Origin: Catajapyx aquilonaris
Lineage: Eukaryota
Assembly (NCBI GenBank): GCA_000934665.2
Contig: KZ538369.1
Span: forward strand, 1 to 64,000
Direction: 5' to 3'
DNA: 64,000 nt
Positions 12,601 through 24,300 of this stretch are shown here, piece by piece; the stretch's first letter is position 1, and each line of letters opens with the position of its first letter. The position numbers and the translations under genes were made by a program. The notes beneath the pieces are model-generated. The model did not search any database and had not been told where the DNA came from. It saw only the letters and a program-made list of their open reading frames with translations.

Positions 12601-15600
12601 TAAACCCAAGCGGATGGACCCCATACAAAATTTTCCGCCTTCAGTTTTATAGATTCGTGACTCCGCACATTTTAGTAGAGCGTCCGCACAATGCCTCCAA
12701 ATAATCTGCTTCGGGAGCCCCTAACAAACAGCCAATTGTGTTGTGATTTCAGTTCCTTTGTCTCGGGCCCTCTTTCATTCTCCGGCTGCATCCGAGTCGG
12801 TCCAACTTTTTTTTTTTAGATATCACACAAAAAAGAGAGCTGGAAAGCCTAATGGGAGAGTTCGATCTGCAGCAGGGGGGCTTCATCTTGGGCTAGCAAA
12901 AGGCCAGCAGCTTTTCATCCCTGCTCGCACAGTTTTTGTGTGGGTGTGTTAGTTGAAATTCGCAAACTTGTGAGGTTGCATCGATGGCCTTTTCCCTTGA
13001 ACCGGATTATTCCATACGAAAGCGCCTTCGCACCTTTATAATTATTATCACAGAAGGTCCAACGTCCAAGGTGTGGAAATATCAAGGATTGTTCGAGTTG
13101 ATTGGAACTTTCCAGAGTGACCACTTATTTACGACCGCAACAATGATCGCGAGCCTGTAAAATCTCCGAGTCTCCGTGGTTTTGGCTTCACAGCAGCAAA
13201 CCAATTACACCACAACGTTGCATTCAATTAGTGACGACTTCCCCACGCGTTAGGTTCGTTATCATCAAACCAGGGGTTGCAAAATGCCAGCACTATTTCC
13301 CCGCCATCGCTATTCCATGTAATTAGTACCAGCCAGTGAATTGACTTTGAAAATGTGGGCACAACGTGCTCATATCATGATTTTACTACCGCATATGTAT
13401 ATGAGGGGGACAGCGTTAAATTTCCCGCATATTTATCCGCTCAACGTGTTTAAATGTATGCAAGCACTAACAAACTATTTTTTTCGGCAAGTGATTTAGG
13501 CCCTTCTAATCAAATAGTCACTAATGCAACGTATCGACCCAGCAGCTAATCAGGCACATTTCGCTGACCAATTGTGTAACTGAATTTTGTAATCAAAGTG
13601 TGCATTGACACTGATTGTATGCATTGGGCTGCAGTGCTGTGTTCCAGATTTGTGTGTAGTTTAATCTACATTTTGTTAATTAGCGCTTACCTTTTTCGCT
13701 CTAGACGCAAAGGAGTGTACAAAAAGCACGTCTCATGCTTATATAAAAACAGCTTGACATGAATAGTGGCTTTGCCAAAAAGTAAATCCGCACGACAAAC
13801 AAATCTTGTGGAGTTTGTACAGATACAGCAATAAACCTACACAACATTGAAAAGAGCCGAGACCGTTCAAAGCGTAACAAAAAGTAGATGGATAGATGGC
13901 AAAATGAAAGGGCCATAAAACGCCGGCACAAAAGAGATTCCATTCGGAAAAGCAAAGACCGCTGTCGCCTGCCAATTTCTCTCTTGTCCGTGACCGTACC
14001 TATATCTCTCGTATACACAAAACTATATACTCCTCTCTCCGGGTTCCAAACACAAGCAAGGGCGCAAAAAAATAGGAAGAGTGAAAGAATAAAAAGATCG
14101 AATTTGTCCTACCCAGCTTTTTCAGGTGGACCTGAGCTTCCCTTATCAGGCAGGCAGGAATTTGTTTTCAAATCGTGAGCAGACTTTTTGCGGGGTTGGG
14201 AGAGGCTGGGAGTTGGCCTAACTGCAACGCCGATTATTCACATTTGTTTCTGCTCCATGTAGGACATTTTCCTAGAAATTGCCTTCTTTTCCCACTGGCT
14301 GGGCCCCATCGGGATGGCGAAAGTGGAGCCAGAAGTGAAATTTGATTTGCAAAGTGATTCCAGAGGCTTCCAAAAAAAAAACCCTGAGCCGAACCCTTAC
14401 AAACATTGAGTGTATGTGAATCCGATCAAATCGGTGATTTCGATGTAGAGAAATGCTATTTACTACACTCTCAGTCGATATCCACTTAATTCCCCTACAA
14501 TTTTCGCTTATTATTCCCCTTAAAAGGCCTCTTGCACTTCAAAATGTTACTTCACTTAATTTTCTTTCGACATAGATTCCCAAGCTCGTCGTAAAATTAC
14601 GTTGGAAACAATAAAATCCAAATTTATAATTTTTACGTAAGAAGAGAAAAACAAGAAAATGCGGAATTTCAAGTTGTACAACTAATTCCACACTAATTAA
14701 ATTGAAAACACTTGCACAGTCTATTTTTGTACTCATTTTTTGCATAGCCCTATAGGTGGAAAATATTTTCATTTTTTATTGCGATGCCTGGCATGCGTGA
14801 TCGATAGAACATCCAGAACTATAGCGGTTGATCCTTGCTATTCACCGCTGGTAACAACATTTTAAACTATTAATTCCTAGGTCTTAATGTCTTATTCATT
14901 CTGACAGGTGAGTGGACGTTCCTTCCACTAGTCCTATACACAAATGCAAAACATCAGCAAAACATTTATACATTACCTATTATTTTACGTAAATACGTGG
15001 AAGTAAATGCTGCATTTATTGCGTACTTAGGACAGGATGCATTAGTTTATGAAAAATTGCGAGTTTTTTATTTGTTATTAGTTGCTGGCTAGTTTCCGTG
15101 CACAATCAATAACAAGCATAAACCCTGGGGTTTAGTTATAGCCAGTTGTTCCCGCAGCCCTAAGTGGAAAAGTGCTACCGCCAGCCCGATGCATCTACTT
15201 AATCCAGAATCTATCGGATCGGAATTAATATTGAAGGGCGTCGCACGGCCGATGTCATTCGCCTTTGCTCTTTGCGCGCGCCCCCTTTTCTGCCATCGGA
15301 AAGGGGGGGGGGGACTTGTGCAAACCAAATTGCGAAATCTGTTTCGCCGCCTGTCACAAGTCCAACAATCCCTGACGTACAAAGACCACGAGTGCGGTGG
15401 GAACCTAACCAACTGCAGTAATGAGGGTTGGGCAGTAAGCACAAGCTCATCTTCAGCCATCGTATTGATCCACCTACTTCCGCCCTGGGTAGACGAGAGG
15501 GGCATGTAGCTTAGGGCACTCGAGAGAAAACCCTCCTATGCACACTACATTAGCTAATGACTAACTTGCACTAATCCACCATGTTTATTTCTGCCTTGGA

Positions 15601-16607
15601 CTAGCCCTAGGTTTGGGCATACTTCATGTGTGGTGCTCGTAAAATAAAAAGGAATATCAAACCAATCACATGAAGGTCTAATCGTGTCGAATCCACATGT
15701 TTTTCCTTTTTTTGGACTAGAATACTTATGTGAGTTTCGAAGCATCATGTGCAGCTCAGCAAGTCGTATCGATGTTCAATACTCCGTGAGCATTGCTAAT
15801 AAAAAGTGCAGCTTTATTCTGTAGAGTAATGAGATGAAATCTACGACGCACTTTTTCGCAGTCTCCAGCTGTTTCCAATACCAATCGCACATTTTTTCTA
15901 AAAAAGCGATCTTATTCACAACACTACATGACTCACATTCATTGCAGGTTCCAAACGTACGATTGTGAAGATTAGTAGTTAAAAGAAACTATCCGAGGCT
16001 ATTGCCCAGCTGGTAGATAAGATAAAAGCTGGGGGACTGCTAATGAAACAACACGAGCAGCCCTCAAGCTTTGATCCCCCGGAAAAATTAAGGTCTCAGA
16101 CTTTACACTTCGTTTAACTGAAGCTCCTCCTCACCGGATTATCCGGTGCAAACAAACGAAAAGTAAGAGTTTCCTCCCTCCACTTCTTCCCCTGATTCTT
16201 CCTAATCACATCACTCAACCGTGCAACTTCTCCAAACTAATATCAAAAGGTGGATCCACATCAGGCATCTATATGGTGCAAACTAATATTTTTTTTCGTC
16301 TCCTCGTGTTCTTCTTGTGTGTGTCTCCAGCAACTCTAGAGATAGTCGCGGTGCAGGAGCTCGAGACAGACTTACAACTTTGCTGGCGAGGCGTATTATC
16401 TGGGCAGAAAGGTAGCGTGGCAGGAAGCGCAAAAGAGAAAGTTTTCCTCAACTCGAGTACTGTATGATAGAGGGGAGGGAGAGAGAGAGAGAGGGCTCCA
16501 ATCAAAAGCGTTCTGCATGGGAAATGAAGCCACCGCGCCTTTTCATAACTCCCTCGGCGAGCAAACAGCGCCGAGAGGATGGAAACGACCCAAAGAAAAG
16601 ACCTTCC

Positions 16608-16637
16608 GAGGCAAAAGGCAACGAGACAAAAGGCAAC
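16608..16637. repeat. 15-bp tandem duplication (GAGRCAAAAGGCAAC x2)
   Basis: GAGGCAAAAGGCAAC followed by GAGACAAAAGGCAAC, one mismatch. Confidence 0.8.
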
Positions 16638-17406
16638 GGAGAAGCATCGCACTTGCCAGCAGGCAGTTGCAGAATTTTTTTTCGCAGAAAAAAAATATAC
16701 ACGAGTCGGATCAGTCATAAACAACATGTCACTTTGCTGACGGTGTTGAAGCCTCGTCGACCATTTGGATTGAAAGCCTCCCCACCACTCAGGTCCGGCT
16801 AGTTGGTCAGCACGGCTGACCGAACGTCATTAAACAGAGGCAAAGTTGCCCACAACATCATCTGGATGCTATTTACGCACTTCAGACAGTTCCAAATTGG
16901 TTGCAGGACACAAAGCCCGGGGTCCGGTTACCGCAAAACCTCCAACATTGTTTAGCACTCCTGCTGCAAGCCCCCCCTGCTGTTACTGCAATTATGTAAA
17001 AATATGTAAAAGTCTGATAAAGAGGCGGTTGCAGGCAATGGCAAGTGAGAATAGCATTGATCGCCCTGGGAGCCAAATCCAATATTACAGCGGGGGTCTT
17101 CTCAACAACAAGCGGGGCCTCTCCCTCGGTAACGAACCAAACACATTTGGGAAGGTCCTCCAACTTGGCGAACCTTTGTCCGTCCCACCTATTACACACA
17201 GCAGAGTGGCAAGCCATTTCTGATTTCACCGCCTCTCCCTTCATTCAGATTAGATTAGAATGCCGGGCAGGTAAGTCCTGCTCGAATCTGCTCTCCAATA
17301 GCCCACCCGCATTGTCGCCTGCTGCAAAGACACTCGAGACTGTTTAGGAAACAAGGCCAGCAACATTACCATGGTAATTCTAATCAGATTTCTTCCCCAT
17401 TTCCAG

Positions 17407-17617
17407 GTGTCGTGGGTGAGACATCGAGACATCCACCTGCTGACCGTGGGTCGGTACACGTACACGAGTGACCAGCGGTTCGAGGTGCTGCACTCTCTCC
17501 ATTCGGAAGACTGGACGCTCCAGATCAAGTACCCGCAGAGACGGGACACTGGCGTCTACGAATGCCAAATCAGCACCACGCCGCCCATCGGCCACTTTGT
17601 CCATCTCACTGTCGTAG
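17407..17617 (+). CDS. dpr8-like: Dpr-family Ig protein, coding exon for Ig1 strands C-G (internal exon, phase 0 to 1)
   Basis: Encodes VSWVRHRDIHLLTVGRYTYTSDQRFEVLHSLHSEDWTLQIKYPQRRDTGVYECQISTTPPIGHFVHLTVV. This has the Dpr Ig1 signature VSW.RHRD.HLLTVG..TYTSDQRF and the Ig motif DxGxYxC. Acceptor is CTAAT...tttcttccccatttccAG (ends 17406); donor is G|GTAGAT (17618). 211 nt. Confidence 0.96.
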
Positions 17618-20600
17618 GTAGATAGTACAGGCAGTAAGGCAAGGATAGGATATAGTTAGATGAGTAAGTTAAACGTAAGGTGCCACATTGGCGCGGTGAT
17701 TGGTTGTCTGCAATATTATACAGCAGAAGGCGCATCAATTTGTCATCACTCGTGATTGCGCATGCCATCAATTCGCATGCAAATTCATAATACCTATAAC
17801 CTATCGTCTCATATTTCTTTTGAGCTTAATTCGGCCTTGTTTACGGTACTAATTGACACACTGCTGTTAAGATTAATAGTGACTGACCGACACAACCAAG
17901 CACCGCCGCCATTCGCGAGCACATTAGCGAAATAAGCCCACATGCCAAACCGTTTGCCTGTGTATTTCCCAGGCTGTTGTGTGATGTACTGCTTTAAATG
18001 CAGCACATGCCAGGGTATTCATCGCTCTCATCCCAAACAAACATGTTTTTGAAAAAATTATCAACGCGTGCACATAGTGTTTACCGCCCGAAGTAATAGC
18101 AGGCGTGGTTTTTGCCACGACACGTTCTGTACATCCTGCAGTGTAAGCAAGGGACGGAACGGATATTGCAATTTTGGGCCTGTCCCCATAATAAGTTACT
18201 CCTACAAGCACCCGTACAGTGCATCCAAACTGCGCGATAATTTCTCCTGGGAAACTATTTACGGCTTGACCTCTCCAATAGCATCATATAAGTTCCAATC
18301 TCCCCATCCCCCAAAAAACGTTACACTTTTTCATTAGCAGAACGAGCTCAAGTTGTCGGTCCCAAAAACTATTGCAGGCTGCGCAATCACCACAACGCTG
18401 GTTGCAAAACTTCATTAGACGTGAGCCGGCCTAATATACTTAACTTAAACGCACAGTAATTAAGGATGACGAATTACGGCCGCCCGGGGGTCAAAATTAC
18501 GCTCGCATCGGATTGCAACGTTAGTTTTTTCCAGGCGTCATTCTCGCTTTCAAAGCTGGAGAAAACAATAATTATTTTTGTCGGCACGTTCCTGTGGCAA
18601 TGGGCGTATAAAAAGAAGTGAGACGCATGACCCCAGAGCCAAGCCTGCCAATAAATTAGACTCAAGGCGATCAATGAGTGACAAATGGAGAATAATGAGG
18701 ATCCAGCCAGGTGTTCCGTAACACCCACAACAATTGACTTTATGGAACACCTTGTAGCCGCCTTTTCTTTCCAGCGCCCTCCGACAATGTGATTTTCTTG
18801 GACACTGTACCATTCCCATTTGTCAAAGTCCTCCATTAATAATCGAGGCCCCCGGTTGCAAGTTTCATCCAGGTATTTGTTCCTGACGCATGGCTCGCTC
18901 GCCTTTGCCAAACGGAACTGGACCCCACCCTCCCACCCTTCTATAGTCTCTATAGTCCCCTCTCCCAGCTATAGTACAAGAGTCAGAGGGGGAGGTTAGC
19001 AGACGCTGTTCCTTTTGGCCTCCTGAATTATTTGCCTGCCTCCCAGCGACCAGCTGTTGGCCGTTTCTCATTGCTGCAACTTGTCACACCGGATAGTGGT
19101 GTGTGGCCTGCTGCTCTTGCTGCCTGCGGGGGGTTCGATGCAGGCGCCCATTTGCACACATACTGTACACACCCACACACGCACATGACACCACGCTTTT
19201 AGGAAAAGATGTAAGGGCTGACACGCACTCCCCCTTGCTGGATATATCGCGTTTCATCAAACAGGATTTTTTGTGTGCAGTTTCAAGCGTGGGATGCAAT
19301 TATGCGAACTGGATAGCATACTTTGCACTTGCTGTGAAGAAGGATGAATCTTCAAAGAAAATTTTTTACTTGCATATGTGTCCAGTTTCAACTGGGGGTC
19401 AATAAAGCAGATTGTGCCAAATAAGAGGTAATTGTACATGGCATATAACATGTACTGGCCGTATCGGCCTTTTAATTATTTGTTTTCATTGCTAGCTGGA
19501 AATTGTGGTCTAATAATGTCAGTCGCATGATGAACAAGGTATGGCGTCAATCGAATGTCGTTTTCAACTGGCGTAATGAAAAGGTGGACGTTCACATTCA
19601 TCATGTTGTCAAGTGTCGCCACCCCCGGTTGTAAATGATGGTCATGACCTCACACATTGCTTAGCCCGAGAATACGTCATTCCAAGTTCATTTATTAAAC
19701 AATTCACGACTGTGCACAGATGACTAAAATTTAAACTTTTGTGCAACGATTGTTACTCCTGGAACTGTACACGTGCTGTATGTTCAGTAATTTTATGCGA
19801 CATGACGTCACCAAAAAATGAGGCAAAATGTAGCTGCAAATTGTGTGGATTTGACACGCATGTAATAATTAAGCAGCTTGCTTTCAGCAGTAAACCACAT
19901 GTTCAGAGCTCATCCGTAGCCATCATCCAAAATCGCATCAGGCTGAATCCTCTAGGCCTACATAATTTCATCCCCATTTCGCACTATGACATTATCCATG
20001 TTTTTTCGCAACAACTGACTCACACATTCGCACACGTTACATAAAATTTCAACCAGTACGTTTTTCGCAAGTTACATAATATTATTCAGATAGTAAATAT
20101 GCTAATATTTGCAGCGACATTTGTGGAAGAACCTAAACCCGAACTCCAATAAAAATGTCTGGTTCCTAGACTATATGAATTGCAAACCTGACGTAAGTGG
20201 CCAAAATTTCCCTACAAATGAAGCCGCCCTGCTTTGATGGAAACTATCCGAATTTCAAAGACAGTGGTAGTGCATTTCTTATTCCTTTCGGTGCGAAAAA
20301 AAATCCTGTGCAAAAATGGATCCGCATAAATATAAGTACTTTTTCGTACGGCGAATGCGAATCAGATGACAGCAAAAAAAAAAAATCGTCTCTCACCTCT
20401 CAAGAATTCAGGTGCGCGACACAAACGGATATATATCCCAAGGTTTGAAATCTTCCCCCGGATTTTCTACTCCGCTAAAAATTCTGCGTTTCTTATACAT
20501 ACACGTCTCAAGTAGAACAAAAAAAAATTGGCGCTTTCCATTCGTGAGTAGAGGTTGAGGTGATTCTTTTGTAGCGAAGAGAGAACTGGCAGACAAATCC

Positions 20601-21076
20601 CTCCATTTCCATGAGAAGTAGGTGCAGTTATTCCGAAGCGTTTTCTTCTGAGGGGGCCCAACCCAGCGTTCCTTGGGCCTGTCACTTTTGGAGCATTAGT
20701 GAGATTGGCGCCTAATGTGACCGCCTTCCTTCATTGTTCCTGTTGCAAACCATTTTCGTTTCTGTGGGGAAGAGGAAAAAGATCTGCTGGAGGAAGAAGA
20801 AAAAAAATAAAGAGAGAAGGGTGCTGCCCTTTTGTGATGTGGGCTCCCTTTCCACCTTCATTTGTTTGCGCATCGCCAAGCATTCTGATCAGTGAAGACG
20901 TCCTGGACCCGAGAGGGAGAAGACAAAAAAAAATTGGATTTGACACGTGTTGTGCTGTGACGGGATTGAAAAAATAGGGTGGGTCTAACCAGACATGATT
21001 TTGAACAAGTTTTTCAGCCCAAGAGTGTCTTTATATTATCCCGATTTATCATATCTTCAGACAGATTTGTTTAGGG

Positions 21077-21324
21077 CAGTGGTGACCAACCTTTTTCGAG
21101 TCGCGACCTTTTTTTATAATAGCCAAGTAACCTGCCCCCTCCCCCAACATGTGCAAATGAAATGAATTTTTATATAGGGTAAGGAAAACAAAATGTCTTT
21201 ATAAGTTAACTTCATAATGTACTTATTCGCGGATGAGTGTTTGTTAATGTAAAAACAACCATGACGNNNNNNCCCCCCCCCCCCTCCAGAAAACCATTCG
21301 CGACCAACAGGTTGGGAACCACTG
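21077..21324. mobile_element. Non-autonomous hAT-type (Charlie/Buster-like) MITE, ~250 bp
   Basis: Terminal inverted repeats CAGTGGTGACCAACCT (21077-21092) and AGGTTGGGAACCACTG (21309-21324) match at 14/16. TCGCGACC occurs near both ends. Left flank GTTTAGGG resembles GTTTAGAG (21330-21337). No coding capacity; contains 6 Ns. Confidence 0.7.
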
Positions 21325-24300
21325 CTCAGGTTTAGAGTATCAAATGAATATTAGCTAAACACTAGCAGGAAACATGTTTCATTTTACAAATTCACCAAAA
21401 AGTTGATTGACGTAGCTGACACAGTGTCGCATTATCGCAAATTGGGTTTCATACGGATTATTACTTATATTGCCATACAAAAAGAATGCTGGGGATTACT
21501 TCTCAATGACAATGCTGAGTAAATCTTCTGAAATCCTGAAAGCAATACTGGAAATGAAATACGAGCAGACTATATCGTTCAGAAATGACTGCAATCTCGG
21601 ATTTTTTTGGCTGGTGCTTGAGATAACTTTGTTTATATAAGCTCCAAAGTAGATTTCTCCTTCTCGATATTTTTCCTGGCTCCTACAAAAAAAAAAATGC
21701 GCGCGCGAGAGAGAGAAGCGGCTTCCTCACGCTGAACACGGGAAATTGAATCAGCTGCGTGGTAACGTATGGAAATTGCTCCCTGAGAGAGTTTTGGCAG
21801 ATTTCGTCGCCTGCTTGTCATATTACAGTGACATAAATAACTGGCGCTGTGTAGAGAGACAGTTCCTTGACCTCACTCTGAGTTTTCTGCCAAAAATCCA
21901 TTTTTTTTTCCAACCCAAACCCAAACAAAAGTCATTGAGACATTAGGAAAGTTTTCCTCCGGTTCCCTGATTAGCCTCGCAAATATACGCAAGCAGTTTC
22001 AGAACATTTCAATTAGGCCATAGTGCATCCTGAGCATAGCGTGTTTCCGACCAAGCCAAAATTAAAACCGGTGGGAGGTTTACAAAAAAAAAAATCCTGG
22101 AGGCCCGAACTCCGGGGTAGTCCTGACGCCAGGCCCGGTAATAAACGCGGGCATAATGGGTCCAAAAAATCGTTTGGAAAGAATTCCCCTCATGCAACGC
22201 GGCCTACGCACCATTTGATGTGAACCGAATGCAAACCATCCCTCCACATCATCACGGGTTGGGTGAATGAGGGTGCAGGGGAAGAGCCCCCAAGTTCAAA
22301 TTAAAACCATTGTAAAATCTGAAAGAAAATTAGCTTCTGCTTTAATGGAGCTCGACAAAGTCCATGATTGATAGGGGGATGTAACTTTTTGCGATTTTAA
22401 ATTTCCATCCCCCCCGTTACCTGTTTGGTATTCCAATCCCGCCCCCGGTGGCGGGAAAAGCACAAGCATTCTGCGTAATTTGACGCCTTTTGTCTCCCAT
22501 CTGTGGTTGATGGCGCTCATAAAGCGCGATATTTAGGCAGTTTGCGTATTATAATTGATGCCATAACCTACCTTTTCCCAAGGCCCGTATATCTGCACCC
22601 AGCTGCATTGCCAATGCCTCCCGGGCCCAATATTTTAAGAGCAACCCTCATGCGACTCAAAATTGTTTCCAGACATGTTGCTTATTAAACGTGATGCAAT
22701 TATGTTCAAGGATTCTTTCTTTTTGCGGTGTAGGTAAAGCCCTTTAGGTGAAGAATGGCAATAAAAGCATCCGTCCCCGGACACAAGGTTAGAGAAGAGC
22801 TGTCAGTCCGTAAAGGCCAGTATTGCCAGAAGGTTATTGTCATTCCTGTCGGGTCTGATCGTGGGCGACAGAGAAGGAACCCGGAGAGTCGCGCAAACTC
22901 AGCTCAGAGACTCATAATTCACCCAGCTGCGTGCAATAATCCCCGTAACGTCCAGAGGAATGGCCGTCGGCTCCCATTCCCTTCTATGAATATTAGACTC
23001 GAAAAAGTGGAGCTGCACGTGCAAAATTCCAATGCCGAACCCTCTCATCGATAGGCTTCTTTTTTTTCGTCAGATTCGCTCGCCATTTTCAACTGTACAT
23101 GGCTTGTGATCGTACCCCAACCATCATGTATTTATACAACTTTAATTCCTGCGCCATTATTCATTGGCGCCATGTCATGCACCAGTGATGACGCTTCAAA
23201 AAAAAAGAGGGGGGGGGAGTGTAATTACCCTCATTATCGATTACCCTTTTTTATACAGATCCTCCAATAAAAGCAGTTTGCGCTTCCTTTAGCGTCATTC
23301 AAAATAGGGAGGTCCGTTCATACCCGGGTATTACACGCATATCATGATGAAAGGAAATCCGATTACCATTTAACATCTATAATTCTGCGATACACATGCA
23401 GCAGGCAGCACTGGCATAAAACCTTGGGAGAGAGCATGTCAATATTAGTGCAACCGGTTCGGTTGCTGTGCGAATTACACACCCTTGAAACCTCGCTTGC
23501 AACGAACATTTTCACTCGTTTCAACTTTTTTCTTTCTCCAAACATGCGCGCAAAGAAACACATGCCACGTCCATAAATCACTACGTACACCACATACGCT
23601 CACGAAAGCCAGAGTTGACAAAAAAATATAGCCATTATGTCTTAACGGTTGCGAAACAAATTGTCGCTTCTGTTTACGATGTCTCAATTACAGCCAAGTG
23701 TCAACCCAAAGTGGCAGATATTCCTCGACGCCGTTTTACGCGTCATGGCTATAACCTGGAGCAATTGTAATAATGTAAAACGAGCTTTAGGGAGAAGAGA
23801 GGGGGGGAGGGGGATCTCAAATGGGATCTGTCGTGGAAGGCTTCAGCTCCGGTAACACACCCCGTCCTTCCACGTCAATAACTCGGACGACGTAATCTCT
23901 TCAAACCATCTTTTGGCCTCGATTAGGGATTTGCGTCCAACCCCTCTCCGTTACTGATATCAGGACTTTCTTCCTCCAACCCAATTATCCGCACACTCCG
24001 ATCTTTTCCGTATAAAGAAAGCTTCTGTGACCACCAGACATTGTAGATGAGCCCAATATTGATTCACAAAAAAAAAGGTCTCGGAGGATTCACTTCTACG
24101 TGAAAAATATAACCTGCAGCGAATGAAGATCGGGTAACTTGCAATATTTTTATGCAGTTTTTTTCGCGAAAAATCGAAGCTGAATTCCCCTCAGGTTTTA
24201 TCCGAGAGTCAACAAGGGATTGGAAACACCGCCGGAAAATTAATGGTAGGAAGGAAGTAATTGTGGTGAATAATTTTTCATTCACGGGGTAAACACAAGC

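Noticed and set aside
14520..14790. AT-rich blocks with the look of decayed DNA-transposon interiors (also ~7090-7640 and ~33340-33560)
   Set aside because: No paired TIRs, TSDs or transposase remnants identified by eye; needs a repeat-library search.
17341..17406. In-frame CLGNKA upstream of VSWVRHRD, resembling the LGNKT end of the expected preceding Dpr exon; also the ORF-track start MVILIRF at 17371
   Set aside because: There is an in-frame TAG at 17299-17301 and no Ig B-strand pattern. The only nearby donor (17374) would give a 33-nt intron, and the intervening sequence is the branch point and pyrimidine tract. Treated as coincidence.
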